Positions 37,025 through 47,897 of a DNA stretch of 64,000 nt are shown here, piece after piece. The position numbers were made by a program, and so were the translations under genes. Position 1 is the stretch's first letter. The number at the start of each line of letters is the position of its first letter. This DNA comes from Candidatus Latescibacterota bacterium (GTDB taxonomy: Bacteria > Latescibacterota > UBA2968 > UBA8231). The notes under the pieces are model-generated. The model saw nothing but the letters and a program-made list of their open reading frames with translations, searched no databases and was not told where the DNA came from. The stretch spans positions 2,240,001 to 2,304,000 of the forward strand of contig OZ242318.1 in assembly GCA_965208105.1 (NCBI GenBank). The letters are read 5' to 3'.

Positions 37025-39517
37025 ATGTTCAGAAACTACCTCGTCATTGCGGTGCGGAATCTGCTGCGGCATCGCCTGCCCACGGTTATCAACCTCGCGG
37101 GACTGGGACTGGGCATGGCGTTCTGCCTGCTCGCCTGGCGCTTCGCCTCCCAGGAGTGGTCCTTCGATCGATTCCACGGTAAAGCGGATCGGATCTATCG
37201 CGTCTACCTGAAGGCCGTGGGCCCCGAGGGGTTGGTGCGTACTGCCGACGCCATTGAATTCGCATTCGCGCCCGAGCTCGAGGCGATCTCTCCTCAGGTG
37301 GAGCGCACGACACGTCTCAGCGCGGGCCGGGGGAACGACAGGACTGGTCGCGTTGCGCGCACGACCTATGGAGACATCTCAAGCGACGAAGAATTCCTCC
37401 TCGTCGATCCCGCCTTTTTCGAGATCTTCGACTTCCCCTTCGAGCGGGGGAACGCCTCCACGGCGCTGGCGGAGCGCAACTCCGTCGTCCTCAGCCACCA
37501 GATGGCCCGGCGTCTGTTTGGTGACTCCGATCCGCTTGGCCGTAGCCTGACGATCGCCTCATTGAAAAGCCACGACACCGAGGACTTCACCATCACCGGG
37601 GTTGCTGCCCCTGTTCCGCGTACTTCGTCGATTCAGTTCAATATGCTGCTGCCCTTCAACAACACGGTCTTCTTCTTCCACCGCTCCCCGAATGCGCGGG
37701 AAGGCTCGTGCAACACCTACGTCCTCCTTGCGCCAGGAACTGATCCCGCTGAGTTGGCGCCTCCCCTCGCACAGATTGGACAGATTTATCTCCAACGCTG
37801 GAAAGATGAGATTCCGGTGGAACTGCCGGAAGACTTTTCTCCGTTTCACCTGCAGCCGCTGACCCACCTGCGCTCGGATACCGGCCTGCTGCAGTGGATC
37901 GGGCACGGCGTGGTGGAGCCCAAGGACCCGTACATCTCGTACGTGCTCGGCAGTATTGCCCTGGCGATCCTGCTGATGGGGTGCATCAACTTTGTCAACA
38001 TGGCCATCGGCCGGGCGTCCCTGCGCGCACCCGAAGTCGGTGTGCGCAAGGCGGCAGGTGCCGGACGCGGACAGTTGATGTGCCAATTCATCGGCGAGAC
38101 TGGGGTGCTCTCCGTTTTCGGGTTGGGCACCGGGTGTGCGCTGGCGGCTCTGCTGCTCCCGGCGTTCAACACCACCTTCTCCCGGGAGTTATCCCTCGGT
38201 TTGAGCGAGCCGAGTACGCTGGGCGCCTTAGTGGCGTTGCTGCTACTCGTCAGCCTGGCTGCGGGCTGGTATCCGGCCCTCGTTCTCTCCCGCCTGACGC
38301 CCATGGACGCCATCCAGCGAAGTGTGTCAATGGTCGGGATAACTCGGCTCAGCCGCGCGCTCGTCGGTGTCCAGTTGGCCATTTCCGTGGGGTTGATCAC
38401 CTGCACCCTGATCATTTACCACCAGCTCGACCACGTCATGGCCCGCGACCTGGGGCTCGACCAGGAACGCATCATCGCGGTGCACACGTCCTCCCTTTAC
38501 GACTCCAAGCCCGATCATCCCCTACTTGTGGAGGCTTTCCTCCGCCATAGCCGGATCTCCTCGGTCACCCTTGTGGAGGACGACTTCCTGCAAGGGCGTC
38601 ACCGGCCCGACTACCGAGCGGTAACCGCGGACGGCCGGGGGACCATGGTCCGGCCCTACGTTGTAGACCACAACTTCGTTCAGACCATGAGCCTCAAGCT
38701 GGTTCGCGGCCGGGACTTCTCCCTCGCGCAGGGAGACAAGCAGAATCTCGCTCTGATCTCCGAGACCGCCGCGGCACACCTGGGACTCACGGACCCGGTT
38801 GATGAGATGATCAATGTGGGGTGGATGTCGGAGTCGGACCTCAAGCCGATGAGTGAGGCCGGTGGATCCGGGACACGCATCATCGGCGTCGTCGAGGATT
38901 TTACCTTCGAGTCAGGGTACGAAGAGGTTCCCCCGGGGCTGCTTCTCCTCAATCCCTACCTGGGACCAAACCACTTCGAAGCCGATCTCATGCTCGTGCG
39001 CCTGAGACCGGGGGACCTGCAGGAGGTCATCCACTACATGGGGGAAACCTGGAGCAGCATCGTCGATTACGCCGACTTCGACTTCTCCTTTCTGCAGCAG
39101 GATATTGAAGCCCACTACCGGGACGAGCTTCGCTTGCGCCGGCTCGTCACCTGGACTGCGGCCGGAGCCGTGTTAATCTCCGCCCTCGGTGCCTTTGGGC
39201 TCACTGCTCTCGCTGCCGGTCGCCGCACCAAGGAGATCGGAATCCGCAAGGCTCTGGGCGCCACCGTTCTTGGCCTCACTACAATGATGACACGCGAGTT
39301 TGCCTGTCTCGCCATGATCGGCTCGGCCGTGGCTTGGCCACTGTCCTGGTGGTGGATGCGAGACTGGCTGAACGGCTTCTCCTTCCGCATCGACCTGTCG
39401 GCGTGGCATTTTGCCGCCGGCACTGCAATCGCGCTGGTGGCGGTTCTGGTCAGCTCCGGCCATCAGGCCCACAAAGCCGCCAGAGCGAACCCAGTGGAAG
39501 CCCTGCGCTACGAATGA
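37025..39517 (+). CDS. MacB/FtsX-type ABC permease, copy 4
   Basis: 830 aa; NFVN, EVGVRK, RRTKEIGIRKALGA, NPVEALRYE. Confidence 0.93.
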   Translation: MFRNYLVIAVRNLLRHRLPTVINLAGLGLGMAFCLLAWRFASQEWSFDRFHGKADRIYRVYLKAVGPEGLVRTADAIEFAFAPELEAISPQVERTTRLSAGRGNDRTGRVARTTYGDISSDEEFLLVDPAFFEIFDFPFERGNASTALAERNSVVLSHQMARRLFGDSDPLGRSLTIASLKSHDTEDFTITGVAAPVPRTSSIQFNMLLPFNNTVFFFHRSPNAREGSCNTYVLLAPGTDPAELAPPLAQIGQIYLQRWKDEIPVELPEDFSPFHLQPLTHLRSDTGLLQWIGHGVVEPKDPYISYVLGSIALAILLMGCINFVNMAIGRASLRAPEVGVRKAAGAGRGQLMCQFIGETGVLSVFGLGTGCALAALLLPAFNTTFSRELSLGLSEPSTLGALVALLLLVSLAAGWYPALVLSRLTPMDAIQRSVSMVGITRLSRALVGVQLAISVGLITCTLIIYHQLDHVMARDLGLDQERIIAVHTSSLYDSKPDHPLLVEAFLRHSRISSVTLVEDDFLQGRHRPDYRAVTADGRGTMVRPYVVDHNFVQTMSLKLVRGRDFSLAQGDKQNLALISETAAAHLGLTDPVDEMINVGWMSESDLKPMSEAGGSGTRIIGVVEDFTFESGYEEVPPGLLLLNPYLGPNHFEADLMLVRLRPGDLQEVIHYMGETWSSIVDYADFDFSFLQQDIEAHYRDELRLRRLVTWTAAGAVLISALGAFGLTALAAGRRTKEIGIRKALGATVLGLTTMMTREFACLAMIGSAVAWPLSWWWMRDWLNGFSFRIDLSAWHFAAGTAIALVAVLVSSGHQAHKAARANPVEALRYE

Positions 39518-39537
39518 AAAAATGAAGGAGGAATGAG

Positions 39538-41985
39538 ATGCTGCGCAACTACCTGCTCGTCGCATTGCGCACCCTGTTGCGGCACAAAAGCTACAGTCTC
39601 ATCAACCTGTTCGGGCTGAGCATCGGGGTTGCCTGCTGCACGTTGATTTACCTGTACGTCGATCACGAGTTGCGCTTTGACTCCTTTCACGAAAAAGGCG
39701 ACCGGATCTATAGGCTTCTGCTCGAAGACCGGACAGAAAAGAACACCGGAACACTGCTCCCCGGTGCCATGACACGGGCAGTTGGCAAGGATGTCGCTGG
39801 AGTGAGCAAGGCGGCGGCATTCATTCTCTCCTCGGCGCGCGTGCGCTGGAAGGACTCGGTACTGCACGAGTCGATCGGTCTCGTCAACCCGGAATTTCTC
39901 GAAGTTTTCAGCTTTCCGCTCTTGCACGGCGATCCGGCTACAGCGATGGAGCGCCGTGAGGCGGTGGTGATCAGCAGATCCGCAGCGGCGCGACTTTTCG
40001 GCGAGCAGGGAGCAGGACTCGCCGATGTCATCGGTCGAACCATTTCCGTAAAAGGCCGAAACCACGTCGTCACCGGCATCGTCGAGGACGTGCCGAAGTT
40101 CTCGAGCCTGCGCTTCGATTATCTCGTCTCCTACGAGAATCGTTGGGGTTACTTCCTCGACACGAACAACATTGGAGAGACTTCGATCTTTGTCGAGCTC
40201 GAGCCGGGAATCGATGTCCAAGACGTCGAAATTGCAATGACCCACCTGATTCGGACACAGCTTATTTCGCTCATTCAAAGCGGATTCTCTTCGCAAGTGG
40301 CTCCCGAGGTTCTGTCAGAGGTGTTGAGGCGCTTGAGAGCCCACTTCACCGACGAGCGTCTGGGGGGATATACCATGCGTCTGCAGCCTCTTCCAGATAT
40401 TCACTTCGACCAAAGTGTCGAGAGCCACTATATCTCGCTGGGGAGCTCGACCTATGCCTATTTGCTGGCGGGGATGGGGCTGTTGGTGCTGCTGGTGGCG
40501 TGCATAAATTTCACCACCCTGTCCATTGGCGCGTCGGCGGGTCGTACATTGGAAGTGGGTATCCGCAAGGTTCTCGGGGCGCAACGGGAGCATTTGGTAC
40601 AGCAGTTTTGGGGCGAGGCACTTTTGCTGGTCCTCGGGGCGGCTGTTGTCGGCATGGGGTGGGCAAGCTTGGCATTGCCCACCTTCACCGCGCTGGTCGA
40701 GAAGCCACTTTCGATGGCGCAATTGGAAGGTTGGGGCGGTCCCGCGTTCCTGCTTGGGATGCTCCTGGCGACAGGTGTGGCCGCCGGGTGGTATCCGGCG
40801 ATGGTAATGTCCCGGCCTCCAGCGGTAGTGGTACTAAAGGGGCAAAGCGGCAAAGCGCGCCGTCGGCGTTTCACTCAGGCCATGCTGGTGGTCCAGTATG
40901 TTTTGGCCGTCGGGTTGATAGCAAGTTCGGTGATGGTACTGCGCCAGTGGGATTTCATGCGCACCGGGAATTTGGGTTTCGACTCCGAAGACGTGCTCGT
41001 CGTGCCGGTTCCGGGGGAGAAAGCGGCAAAGCGTTTCCAGGTCGCGGCCAAGGGGCTGAGCTCGGTAGTGAGCACAGCAGCCAGTGATCGCTCTTTCACC
41101 AGCGGGTGGCGATTACTCTCGCTGGAGAATCCAGCCTCGGGCGAGAAACAGCATGCCAGAGTTATCCGCGTAGATTCGGGCTACCTACCTACCTTTGGGA
41201 TGGAACTGGTCAGTGGAAGGAACTTCGAGCAGGGGCGTTCCGGGGAAATCGAGAGAACGGCCATTATCAACGAACGCCTTGCCGACATCCTGGGATGGCC
41301 CGATCCCCTCGGGCGCACCTTGCCGATCTCAAATGTCGAGAACCTGCCAAGCCCGACCGTTATCGGCGTTGTGAAAGACTTCCATTTCGACCCGCTGCAC
41401 CGGGACATTCAGCCTCTCTTCCTGACCCAAGACCCGGCCTTTCATGGATTGTACTACGTGTTCGTGCGCTTCCACCCCGGGGCCAAGGAGCGAGTATTGC
41501 GCGAACTCGAGGAGGCCTGGGCCGGTGTGGCTTCCGGAAATCCGTTCGCATGGTCTTCCCTCGATACCAACCTGGAAGCGCAGTACGGGGAGGAAGAGCG
41601 CTGGACCAGAATCCTCAGTTTTTCAGCCGCATTCGTGGTCGCAATCACCTGTCTGGGCCTGTTGGGGCAGGTGACCATGGCGGTGACGCGACGCGCCAAA
41701 GAAATCGGTATTCGCAAGGTCATGGGGGCAACGGCCGCTCAGGTTGTGACGCTGATGGCAGCAGAATCCGTGGTTCTTCTCGGCCTGGCGAGCGCCGTGA
41801 GCTGGCCGCTGAGCTACGTGGCGCTGCAAAACTGGCTCGAGCGCTTTGCCTACCGGGCCGACCTGACACTCTGGGTTTTTGTTCTGGCCACCGGAGCTGT
41901 TATGATACTGACCCTGCTCCTGGTCACTTTACAATCGGCCAGAGCGGCGCTGAGGTCACCGGTGGAAAGTCTGCGATACGAGTGA
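39538..41985 (+). CDS. MacB/FtsX-type ABC permease, copy 5
   Basis: 815 aa; EVGIRKVLGA, KEIGIRKVMGA, SPVESLRYE. Confidence 0.93.
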   Translation: MLRNYLLVALRTLLRHKSYSLINLFGLSIGVACCTLIYLYVDHELRFDSFHEKGDRIYRLLLEDRTEKNTGTLLPGAMTRAVGKDVAGVSKAAAFILSSARVRWKDSVLHESIGLVNPEFLEVFSFPLLHGDPATAMERREAVVISRSAAARLFGEQGAGLADVIGRTISVKGRNHVVTGIVEDVPKFSSLRFDYLVSYENRWGYFLDTNNIGETSIFVELEPGIDVQDVEIAMTHLIRTQLISLIQSGFSSQVAPEVLSEVLRRLRAHFTDERLGGYTMRLQPLPDIHFDQSVESHYISLGSSTYAYLLAGMGLLVLLVACINFTTLSIGASAGRTLEVGIRKVLGAQREHLVQQFWGEALLLVLGAAVVGMGWASLALPTFTALVEKPLSMAQLEGWGGPAFLLGMLLATGVAAGWYPAMVMSRPPAVVVLKGQSGKARRRRFTQAMLVVQYVLAVGLIASSVMVLRQWDFMRTGNLGFDSEDVLVVPVPGEKAAKRFQVAAKGLSSVVSTAASDRSFTSGWRLLSLENPASGEKQHARVIRVDSGYLPTFGMELVSGRNFEQGRSGEIERTAIINERLADILGWPDPLGRTLPISNVENLPSPTVIGVVKDFHFDPLHRDIQPLFLTQDPAFHGLYYVFVRFHPGAKERVLRELEEAWAGVASGNPFAWSSLDTNLEAQYGEEERWTRILSFSAAFVVAITCLGLLGQVTMAVTRRAKEIGIRKVMGATAAQVVTLMAAESVVLLGLASAVSWPLSYVALQNWLERFAYRADLTLWVFVLATGAVMILTLLLVTLQSARAALRSPVESLRYE

Positions 41986-42147
41986 ATCCATCGAGCGACG
42001 GTAAATAGTTCGCATCCAGCCGCGCAATGTACAATTGGCTTCAGCAAATATTTACCCGCACTCGATCCGACTTGTGCCGAAAGGCACCAATATTAGCCCG
42101 AGTGAAACCACAGCTCTCGTGTTGCCTGGAAAAGAAGGAGAGAGAAA

Positions 42148-44556
42148 ATGCTAACCAACTACCTTGTTACGGCCATACGCCATCTTTTCAAGCACAAGGT
42201 CTACACCCTGATAAATATCTCGGGGCTGGCAACTGGCATTGCCTCATGCTTATTGGCCTTCCTTTATGTCTACAGCGAATCGAGGTACGACGTATTTCAC
42301 CAACACGCCGACAACATCTATCGAATTTATGAAAAAACGAAATCCCCCCAGGGCAGCGTATCCTACCACGCGCAAACCTCAAACCCCCTGGGCAACGCCC
42401 TTAAAAGCCATAATCCCGGTCTGGCCGTAGCTCGCCTGTATGAGAAAGAAGGATGGCTCGCGCGCAACGGCCGTGCCTTCAAGGAGAAAATCCTCTTCAT
42501 CGACCCGGAATTTTTCGACATCTTCACCTTCTCCCTCGAGCGCGGGAATTTCCGCTCCCCTCTGCCCAACCTCAACTCCCTGCTCATCAGCGAGAAGATG
42601 GCCGAAAAGTACTTCGGCGACTCCGACCCCATTGGACAGGTACTGACCATCGACAGCCACTACGACCTCACAGTCACGGGGGTATTGCAGCCGGCGCCGG
42701 AAAATTCCAGCATTCGCTTCGACTTTCTGGCCCCTTTCGCTGCCCTGGTCAAGGTGGATCCAGAGATTCGAGAAGAGATTCAGGAGGCTTGGGGGTCATT
42801 GGGCACATATACCTACGTGCGGTGCTCGGACACTTTTACGGCCCGCGAGCTCCAGGCGGAACTGGACCGCATTAAAAAGATATATTTGCCGGAGTTCTTG
42901 AAGGAGAGGATCGAATTTCTCGTACAGCCGCTGACCAGCGTTCACCTCACCCCCGGCATCATGGGGGAAATGGTCGAGGGTAACACCACCCTGACTCTGT
43001 ACACCGTTCTGGTGATTGCTCTCTCCATTTTGCTCATTGCCTGTTTCAACTATTTGAACCTGTCCACCGCGCTCTACGAAGAGCGGTCGAAAGAAATCGG
43101 CCTGCGCAAGGTTTTCGGTGCTTACCGTCCCCAGCTCATTCTACAGTTCCTGGGTGAGACCGCTTTTCTGAGTTTTGTCTCCCTGGCTGTCGGCATTGTG
43201 CTGGTGGAACTGGTCCTTCCAGGTTTTAACGCGGTCATGGGCACGCACCTGCTCCTGGTGGATGCGCTGGATCCGTCCAAGGTTGCGGCGGTCGTCGCTC
43301 TCGGCCTTTTGATCACCCTGTGCGCCGGCATGTATCCCGCCTTTATTCTCTCCTCTTTCCAGCCCATGTCCGCCTTCAAGCAACGCCAGAAAACGCAAAG
43401 GAACAGATTCACCCTCCGCCAGGTGCTGATCTTCATCCAATTCGCCATCGTTATAGCTCTGCTCATCTGCGAGTCGGTCATCATCGCACAGGTGAACTTC
43501 ATGCAGGCCAAGAATCTGGGTTTCAACCCCGACCGGGTGGTCGTCGTTCCGACCACCTCGACATCCCGTGCAGACTCGGCCAAAATCGCCAACTACGCAC
43601 ACACCCTGCACGTCAACGGCAGCCGGGTGGGGATTCAGTCCGTGAGCGTATCGGAAGATGTTCCGGGCCTTAACTTCCGCAACACCTTTGGGATCATACC
43701 AGAGGGTTGGGACGACGAGGACCCGCTGGTTATGGTGGTCACCGCCATAGACGGCAACTTCCTCGATCAGTACGAGATAGGGATCGCCGAGGGGCGCAAC
43801 TTCTCGCCGAGCTTCGCCACCGACACGAAGCGGTCGGTCCTTCTGAACGAGGCGGCGATGCGCAAGATCGGCTGGTCTTTCGCCGTGGGAAAGAGCATCA
43901 GATACGTGCATGACTACGAGGATTTAAGCGTCGTGGGCGTAGTGAAAAACAGCCATTTTCGCTCCCTCCACAACGAAATAGAGCCTCTGGTTTATCGCTT
44001 CGCTGACGACGTTTACCGGACAAACTATATCTCAGTTAAAATTAGCGACAGGAATATTCCATCTGCCCTTCTCTTCATGGAGAGACAATGGTCGAATGTG
44101 CTTGGAGACACCCCTTTCGAGTATTTTTTCTTGAGTGATGCATTGCGCGCCAACTACGAGGTAGACGAAAAGACGGCCTGGATTGTCGGCGGTTTCTCTT
44201 GCCTGGCCATCCTCCTCAGCGTTATTGGCCTGCTGGGATCGACGGCCCTTAACGTCACTCAAAGGACGAAGGAGATCGGAATACGCAAAGCATTGGGCGC
44301 CTCGGCCACACAAATCGTCCTTTTGATTTCCAGGGACTATTCCTGGCAGGTCGCTATCGCCACCTTGATCGCCTGGCCAGTGGCCTTCTATGCGATGAGA
44401 GACTGGTTGCAGGGGTACGCGTATCGGATCGATTTGGGACCGGGAGTCTTTGTCTTCTGCGAGGTGGTAGTAGTGCTGATAACCTTTTTGGCTATCGCGT
44501 CCCAGGTGCTCAAGGTCGCCATGGCCACTACCATTAAAGCATTGCGCTACGAATAG
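42148..44556 (+). CDS. MacB/FtsX-type ABC permease, copy 6
   Basis: 802 aa; KEIGLRKVFGA, RTKEIGIRKALGA, ALRYE. Confidence 0.93.
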   Translation: MLTNYLVTAIRHLFKHKVYTLINISGLATGIASCLLAFLYVYSESRYDVFHQHADNIYRIYEKTKSPQGSVSYHAQTSNPLGNALKSHNPGLAVARLYEKEGWLARNGRAFKEKILFIDPEFFDIFTFSLERGNFRSPLPNLNSLLISEKMAEKYFGDSDPIGQVLTIDSHYDLTVTGVLQPAPENSSIRFDFLAPFAALVKVDPEIREEIQEAWGSLGTYTYVRCSDTFTARELQAELDRIKKIYLPEFLKERIEFLVQPLTSVHLTPGIMGEMVEGNTTLTLYTVLVIALSILLIACFNYLNLSTALYEERSKEIGLRKVFGAYRPQLILQFLGETAFLSFVSLAVGIVLVELVLPGFNAVMGTHLLLVDALDPSKVAAVVALGLLITLCAGMYPAFILSSFQPMSAFKQRQKTQRNRFTLRQVLIFIQFAIVIALLICESVIIAQVNFMQAKNLGFNPDRVVVVPTTSTSRADSAKIANYAHTLHVNGSRVGIQSVSVSEDVPGLNFRNTFGIIPEGWDDEDPLVMVVTAIDGNFLDQYEIGIAEGRNFSPSFATDTKRSVLLNEAAMRKIGWSFAVGKSIRYVHDYEDLSVVGVVKNSHFRSLHNEIEPLVYRFADDVYRTNYISVKISDRNIPSALLFMERQWSNVLGDTPFEYFFLSDALRANYEVDEKTAWIVGGFSCLAILLSVIGLLGSTALNVTQRTKEIGIRKALGASATQIVLLISRDYSWQVAIATLIAWPVAFYAMRDWLQGYAYRIDLGPGVFVFCEVVVVLITFLAIASQVLKVAMATTIKALRYE

Positions 44557-44621
44557 ACCCATAGCACCAGGAACTTGACGGAAACCGAGGCGGCCGGCCA
44601 CATTTTTGAAGGAGGAAAACG

Positions 44622-45737
44622 ATGACAACGAAACGCTTGTTGTTGAGCTCAATGCTTAGCGTGCTGGCGCTGGTGGCAGCGGCGCGGTTACCGGCCCAGG
44701 AGGTGGAGCGGCTGCGCGGATCGGAGGTTGCGGTCTACAACCTGGCGGGGCGCATGGAGATCGTCGCCGGAGAGGGCACCGACGTGGTGGTGCACGTCAG
44801 CCGCGGCGTCGACGACGCTGCCGCGTTACGCATCGAAACCGGCGAGATCCGCGGTCGCCAGACCCTGCGCGTCGTTTATCCGGGCGACGAGATCGTCTAT
44901 CCGGAGCTCGGCCGCCGTGCTAGCACGAAGGTGAGGGTAGGCGACGACGGCACCTTTTCAGATGGAAGCGGGGGAGGAGACCGGGTCACCATCCGGGGTT
45001 CCGGAGACGGAATCGAAGCCTGGGCCGACCTGGTGATCGAGTTGCCGCCCGGGCAGCGTGCAGCGGCCTTCCTTGGAGGAGGCACCATCGACGCGCGCGG
45101 AGTCCGCGGCCGCCTGGAAATCCGCACAGGAGTGGGGGCCGTGACGGCGACAGACATGACCGGCGCCCTTGCCATCGACACCGGCTCGGGGCAGGTGCGG
45201 GTGAGCGCCATGAGTGGAGACCTGAGCGTCGATACCGGAGCGGGAAGTATCCACGTCGAGAACCATAGTGGAGGCGAAAAAATCGAGCTCGACACCGGGT
45301 CGGGAGACATCGAGGTCAAAAACCTGAGGGATGGCGGCGATGTCGAGATCGATACCGGATCGGGGAGCGTGAGCACTCGCGGGCTGCATGCCCGTCGCTT
45401 GCTCGTGGACACCGGAGCCGGCAGTGTGGACCTGGAGGGTGTCGCGGCGCCCGAAATCGAGGTCGACACCGGAGCCGGGTCGGTGGAGTTGGAGCTCCTC
45501 ACCGACGTCGACGCTCTCGAGGTCGATACCGGGGCGGGGTCGGTCACCGTATCGGTTCCCGCCGAGCTTGGTGCCACCGTCGAGATCGACAGCGGCATCG
45601 GCGGCATTGACGTAGACGGCGTAATCATGGAAAAGCTCTCCATGCAGCGGGACCATGTCAGCGGCCGCATCGGCGACGGCAGCGGCAAGATCGCCATCGA
45701 TACCGGCGCCGGCAGCGTGCGCCTGGTGGGTAAATGA
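44622..45737 (+). CDS. Secreted DUF4097-type beta-strand repeat (adhesin-like) protein
   Basis: Signal peptide (..LPA/QE); about 11 repeats of (I/V)DTG(S/A)G.(V/I) at 19-21 aa spacing; AAGGAGG RBS. Confidence 0.85.
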   Translation: MTTKRLLLSSMLSVLALVAAARLPAQEVERLRGSEVAVYNLAGRMEIVAGEGTDVVVHVSRGVDDAAALRIETGEIRGRQTLRVVYPGDEIVYPELGRRASTKVRVGDDGTFSDGSGGGDRVTIRGSGDGIEAWADLVIELPPGQRAAAFLGGGTIDARGVRGRLEIRTGVGAVTATDMTGALAIDTGSGQVRVSAMSGDLSVDTGAGSIHVENHSGGEKIELDTGSGDIEVKNLRDGGDVEIDTGSGSVSTRGLHARRLLVDTGAGSVDLEGVAAPEIEVDTGAGSVELELLTDVDALEVDTGAGSVTVSVPAELGATVEIDSGIGGIDVDGVIMEKLSMQRDHVSGRIGDGSGKIAIDTGAGSVRLVGK

Positions 45738-45788
45738 ACCTCGCGCTTTCGGCGGACAAGGACTTGACCTGTCCGAGGAGGAAAACAG

Positions 45789-47021
45789 TTGGCGAATCTG
45801 GCAATCAACGGCGGAACTCCGCTCCTGGCCCGGAGGCTGCAGCCGCGCTGGCCCATATTCGGCGAGGCGGAGAAGGAGGGGCTGCTCGAGGTGCTGCACA
45901 GCGGGCGCTGGTGCAGCATGGGCAACAGCGAGGGCAAGGTGGCACAGTTCGAGCGCAGCTTCGCCCGGTTCATCGGCACCGAATACGCCACCGCCGTTCC
46001 CACCGGGACCGACGCCCTCGAGCTCGCCTTCAGGTCATGCGGCCTGGAAGCCGGCGACGAGGTCATCGTCCCGGCGGTGACTTTCATCGCCTCTGCTTCA
46101 GCCGTGGTGCTGGCTTCGGGTGTGCCGGTATTCGTCGACGTCGACCCCGAAACCTACCAGATCTCCCCCGAGGCGGCCGAAGCCGCCATCACCTCCCGCA
46201 CCAGGGCCATCGAAGTGGTCCACTACGGCGGCTACCCCGCCGACATGGACCGCATCATGGAGATCGCCGAAAAGCACGGCCTCCTGGTGGTGGAGGACTG
46301 CGCCGAGGCCCATGGCTCGGAGTGGAGAGGGAAGAAGGTCGGCTCCTTCGGCTCCATGGGCTGCTTCAGCTTTCAGATGGGCAAGCCCCTGACCTGCGGC
46401 GAGGGCGGCGCCGTCACCTACAGCGACGAGGAGCTGGCGCTGCAGTGCTACTCCTGGTCCCGGCTGGGACGCAGGCCCGGAGGTGAACAGTACGAGCACC
46501 ACATCCCGGCGGGAAATTTCCGCATGTCCGAGTTCCTCGGCGCCATTCTCCTGAGCCAGCTCGACCGCCTGGAGGAACAGACCCGGCTGCGACACGAGAA
46601 CGGCGAGTACCTCGCCCACGAGTTGGAAAAGATAGAGGGCATTTCCGCCTTGAAGAGGGACCCCAGGGTGACCGGGAGGGGATACTACTTCTATTTCATG
46701 CGCTACGACTCCTCCGGGTGGAACCAGGTACACCGCGACAGATTCATGGCCGCCCTCGAGGCCGAGGGCATTCCCTGCGGCACGGCGCACAGCTCCCCGC
46801 TCTACCGGAATCCCGCCTTCCGCGACATTAAGAAGAGCCTGCTGCACCGCAGCCAGATCGACTATTCCACCATGCGATGCCCCGAAGCCGAGCGCATCTA
46901 CGCCAACGAGGTGGTGGCCCTGACCAAGGACCTGCTCCTGCAAAAGGAGGACGTGGACAAGGTCCTGGAGGGGATAGTCAAGCTGCGCGAAAACCTGGAT
47001 GAGTTGAGCGCCCCCTCCTGA
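45789..47021 (+). CDS. DegT/DnrJ/EryC1/StrS PLP aminotransferase
   Basis: TTG start after GAGGAGG; LAINGG.P, GDEVIVPA.TF, EDCAEAHG, FSFQ.GK.L..GEGG, NFRMSE. Confidence 0.93.
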   Translation: MANLAINGGTPLLARRLQPRWPIFGEAEKEGLLEVLHSGRWCSMGNSEGKVAQFERSFARFIGTEYATAVPTGTDALELAFRSCGLEAGDEVIVPAVTFIASASAVVLASGVPVFVDVDPETYQISPEAAEAAITSRTRAIEVVHYGGYPADMDRIMEIAEKHGLLVVEDCAEAHGSEWRGKKVGSFGSMGCFSFQMGKPLTCGEGGAVTYSDEELALQCYSWSRLGRRPGGEQYEHHIPAGNFRMSEFLGAILLSQLDRLEEQTRLRHENGEYLAHELEKIEGISALKRDPRVTGRGYYFYFMRYDSSGWNQVHRDRFMAALEAEGIPCGTAHSSPLYRNPAFRDIKKSLLHRSQIDYSTMRCPEAERIYANEVVALTKDLLLQKEDVDKVLEGIVKLRENLDELSAPS

Positions 47022-47147
47022 TTGCGGCGACCATGCCCATCTCTTGATGGGGGGCAAGCAAATTCCTACCCTAAAAATTGGATCCGCCGCAAAGGCGAGC
47101 CTGGACCAGGCGGAGTCTCGCAGGAAACAGGAAAAGGAGGAAGTCTC

Positions 47148-47897
47148 TTGCTCTCTTCCGGCCTCGCTTCGGTCACCTTCAGAAAGCTGTCCCCGGCGCG
47201 GATCATCGACCTCGTGGTCCAGGGCGGGCTCGACGGCATCGAATGGGGCGGGGACGTCCACGTGCCCCACGGCGACCTTGCCGCGGCGCGCCAGGTGCGG
47301 CGCATGACCCTCGACGCCGGACTGGAGGTACTTGCCTACGGCTCCTACTACCGGGTCGGCGACGACGATCCGGCCACCTTCGAGCCCATCCTGAGCACCG
47401 CCGTCGAGCTCGGCGCCCCGACCCTGAGGGTGTGGTGCGGCAGCCGCGCCTCCGCCGACGCCGACTCCGGATACCGCGGCCTCGTCGCCCGGGACTCGCG
47501 CCGGATAGCCTCCCTCGGCGCGGCCAGTGGGGTCTTCGTCGCCTACGAGTACCACATCGGCACCCTGACCGATACCCCCGCCTCGGCCAGGACGCTGCTG
47601 GAGACGGTCGCGCACGAGAATCTGGGGACCTACTGGCAGGTCTACGGCAACGCCGAGCAGGCCCTGCATTCCCTCGACACCATACTTCCCTGGCTGCGCA
47701 ACGTCCACGCCTACCACACCGTCGAAGGGGAGCGCAGGCTCATGGCCGAGCGCCGGGAGGACTGGGAGCGCTACCTCCGCAAGATAGAATCCAGCGGACG
47801 CGACCACGCGGTGATGGTGGAGTTCGTCAGGGACGAGTCGCCCAAGATCTTCCTGCAGGAAGCCGAGACTTTGAGGGGCTGGATCCGGTCCTCCTAG
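47148..47897 (+). CDS. Sugar phosphate isomerase/epimerase (TIM barrel)
   Basis: TTG after AAGGAGG; GLASVTFR, GIEWGGDVH, YGSYY, RVWCG, EYH, YWQ, H, EFV. Confidence 0.85.
   Translation: MLSSGLASVTFRKLSPARIIDLVVQGGLDGIEWGGDVHVPHGDLAAARQVRRMTLDAGLEVLAYGSYYRVGDDDPATFEPILSTAVELGAPTLRVWCGSRASADADSGYRGLVARDSRRIASLGAASGVFVAYEYHIGTLTDTPASARTLLETVAHENLGTYWQVYGNAEQALHSLDTILPWLRNVHAYHTVEGERRLMAERREDWERYLRKIESSGRDHAVMVEFVRDESPKIFLQEAETLRGWIRSS

Noticed and set aside
45110-45720. Repeated GA(C/T)ACCGG nucleotide motif at about 60-bp period
   Set aside because: Explained by the DTGxG protein repeats; third codon positions vary.
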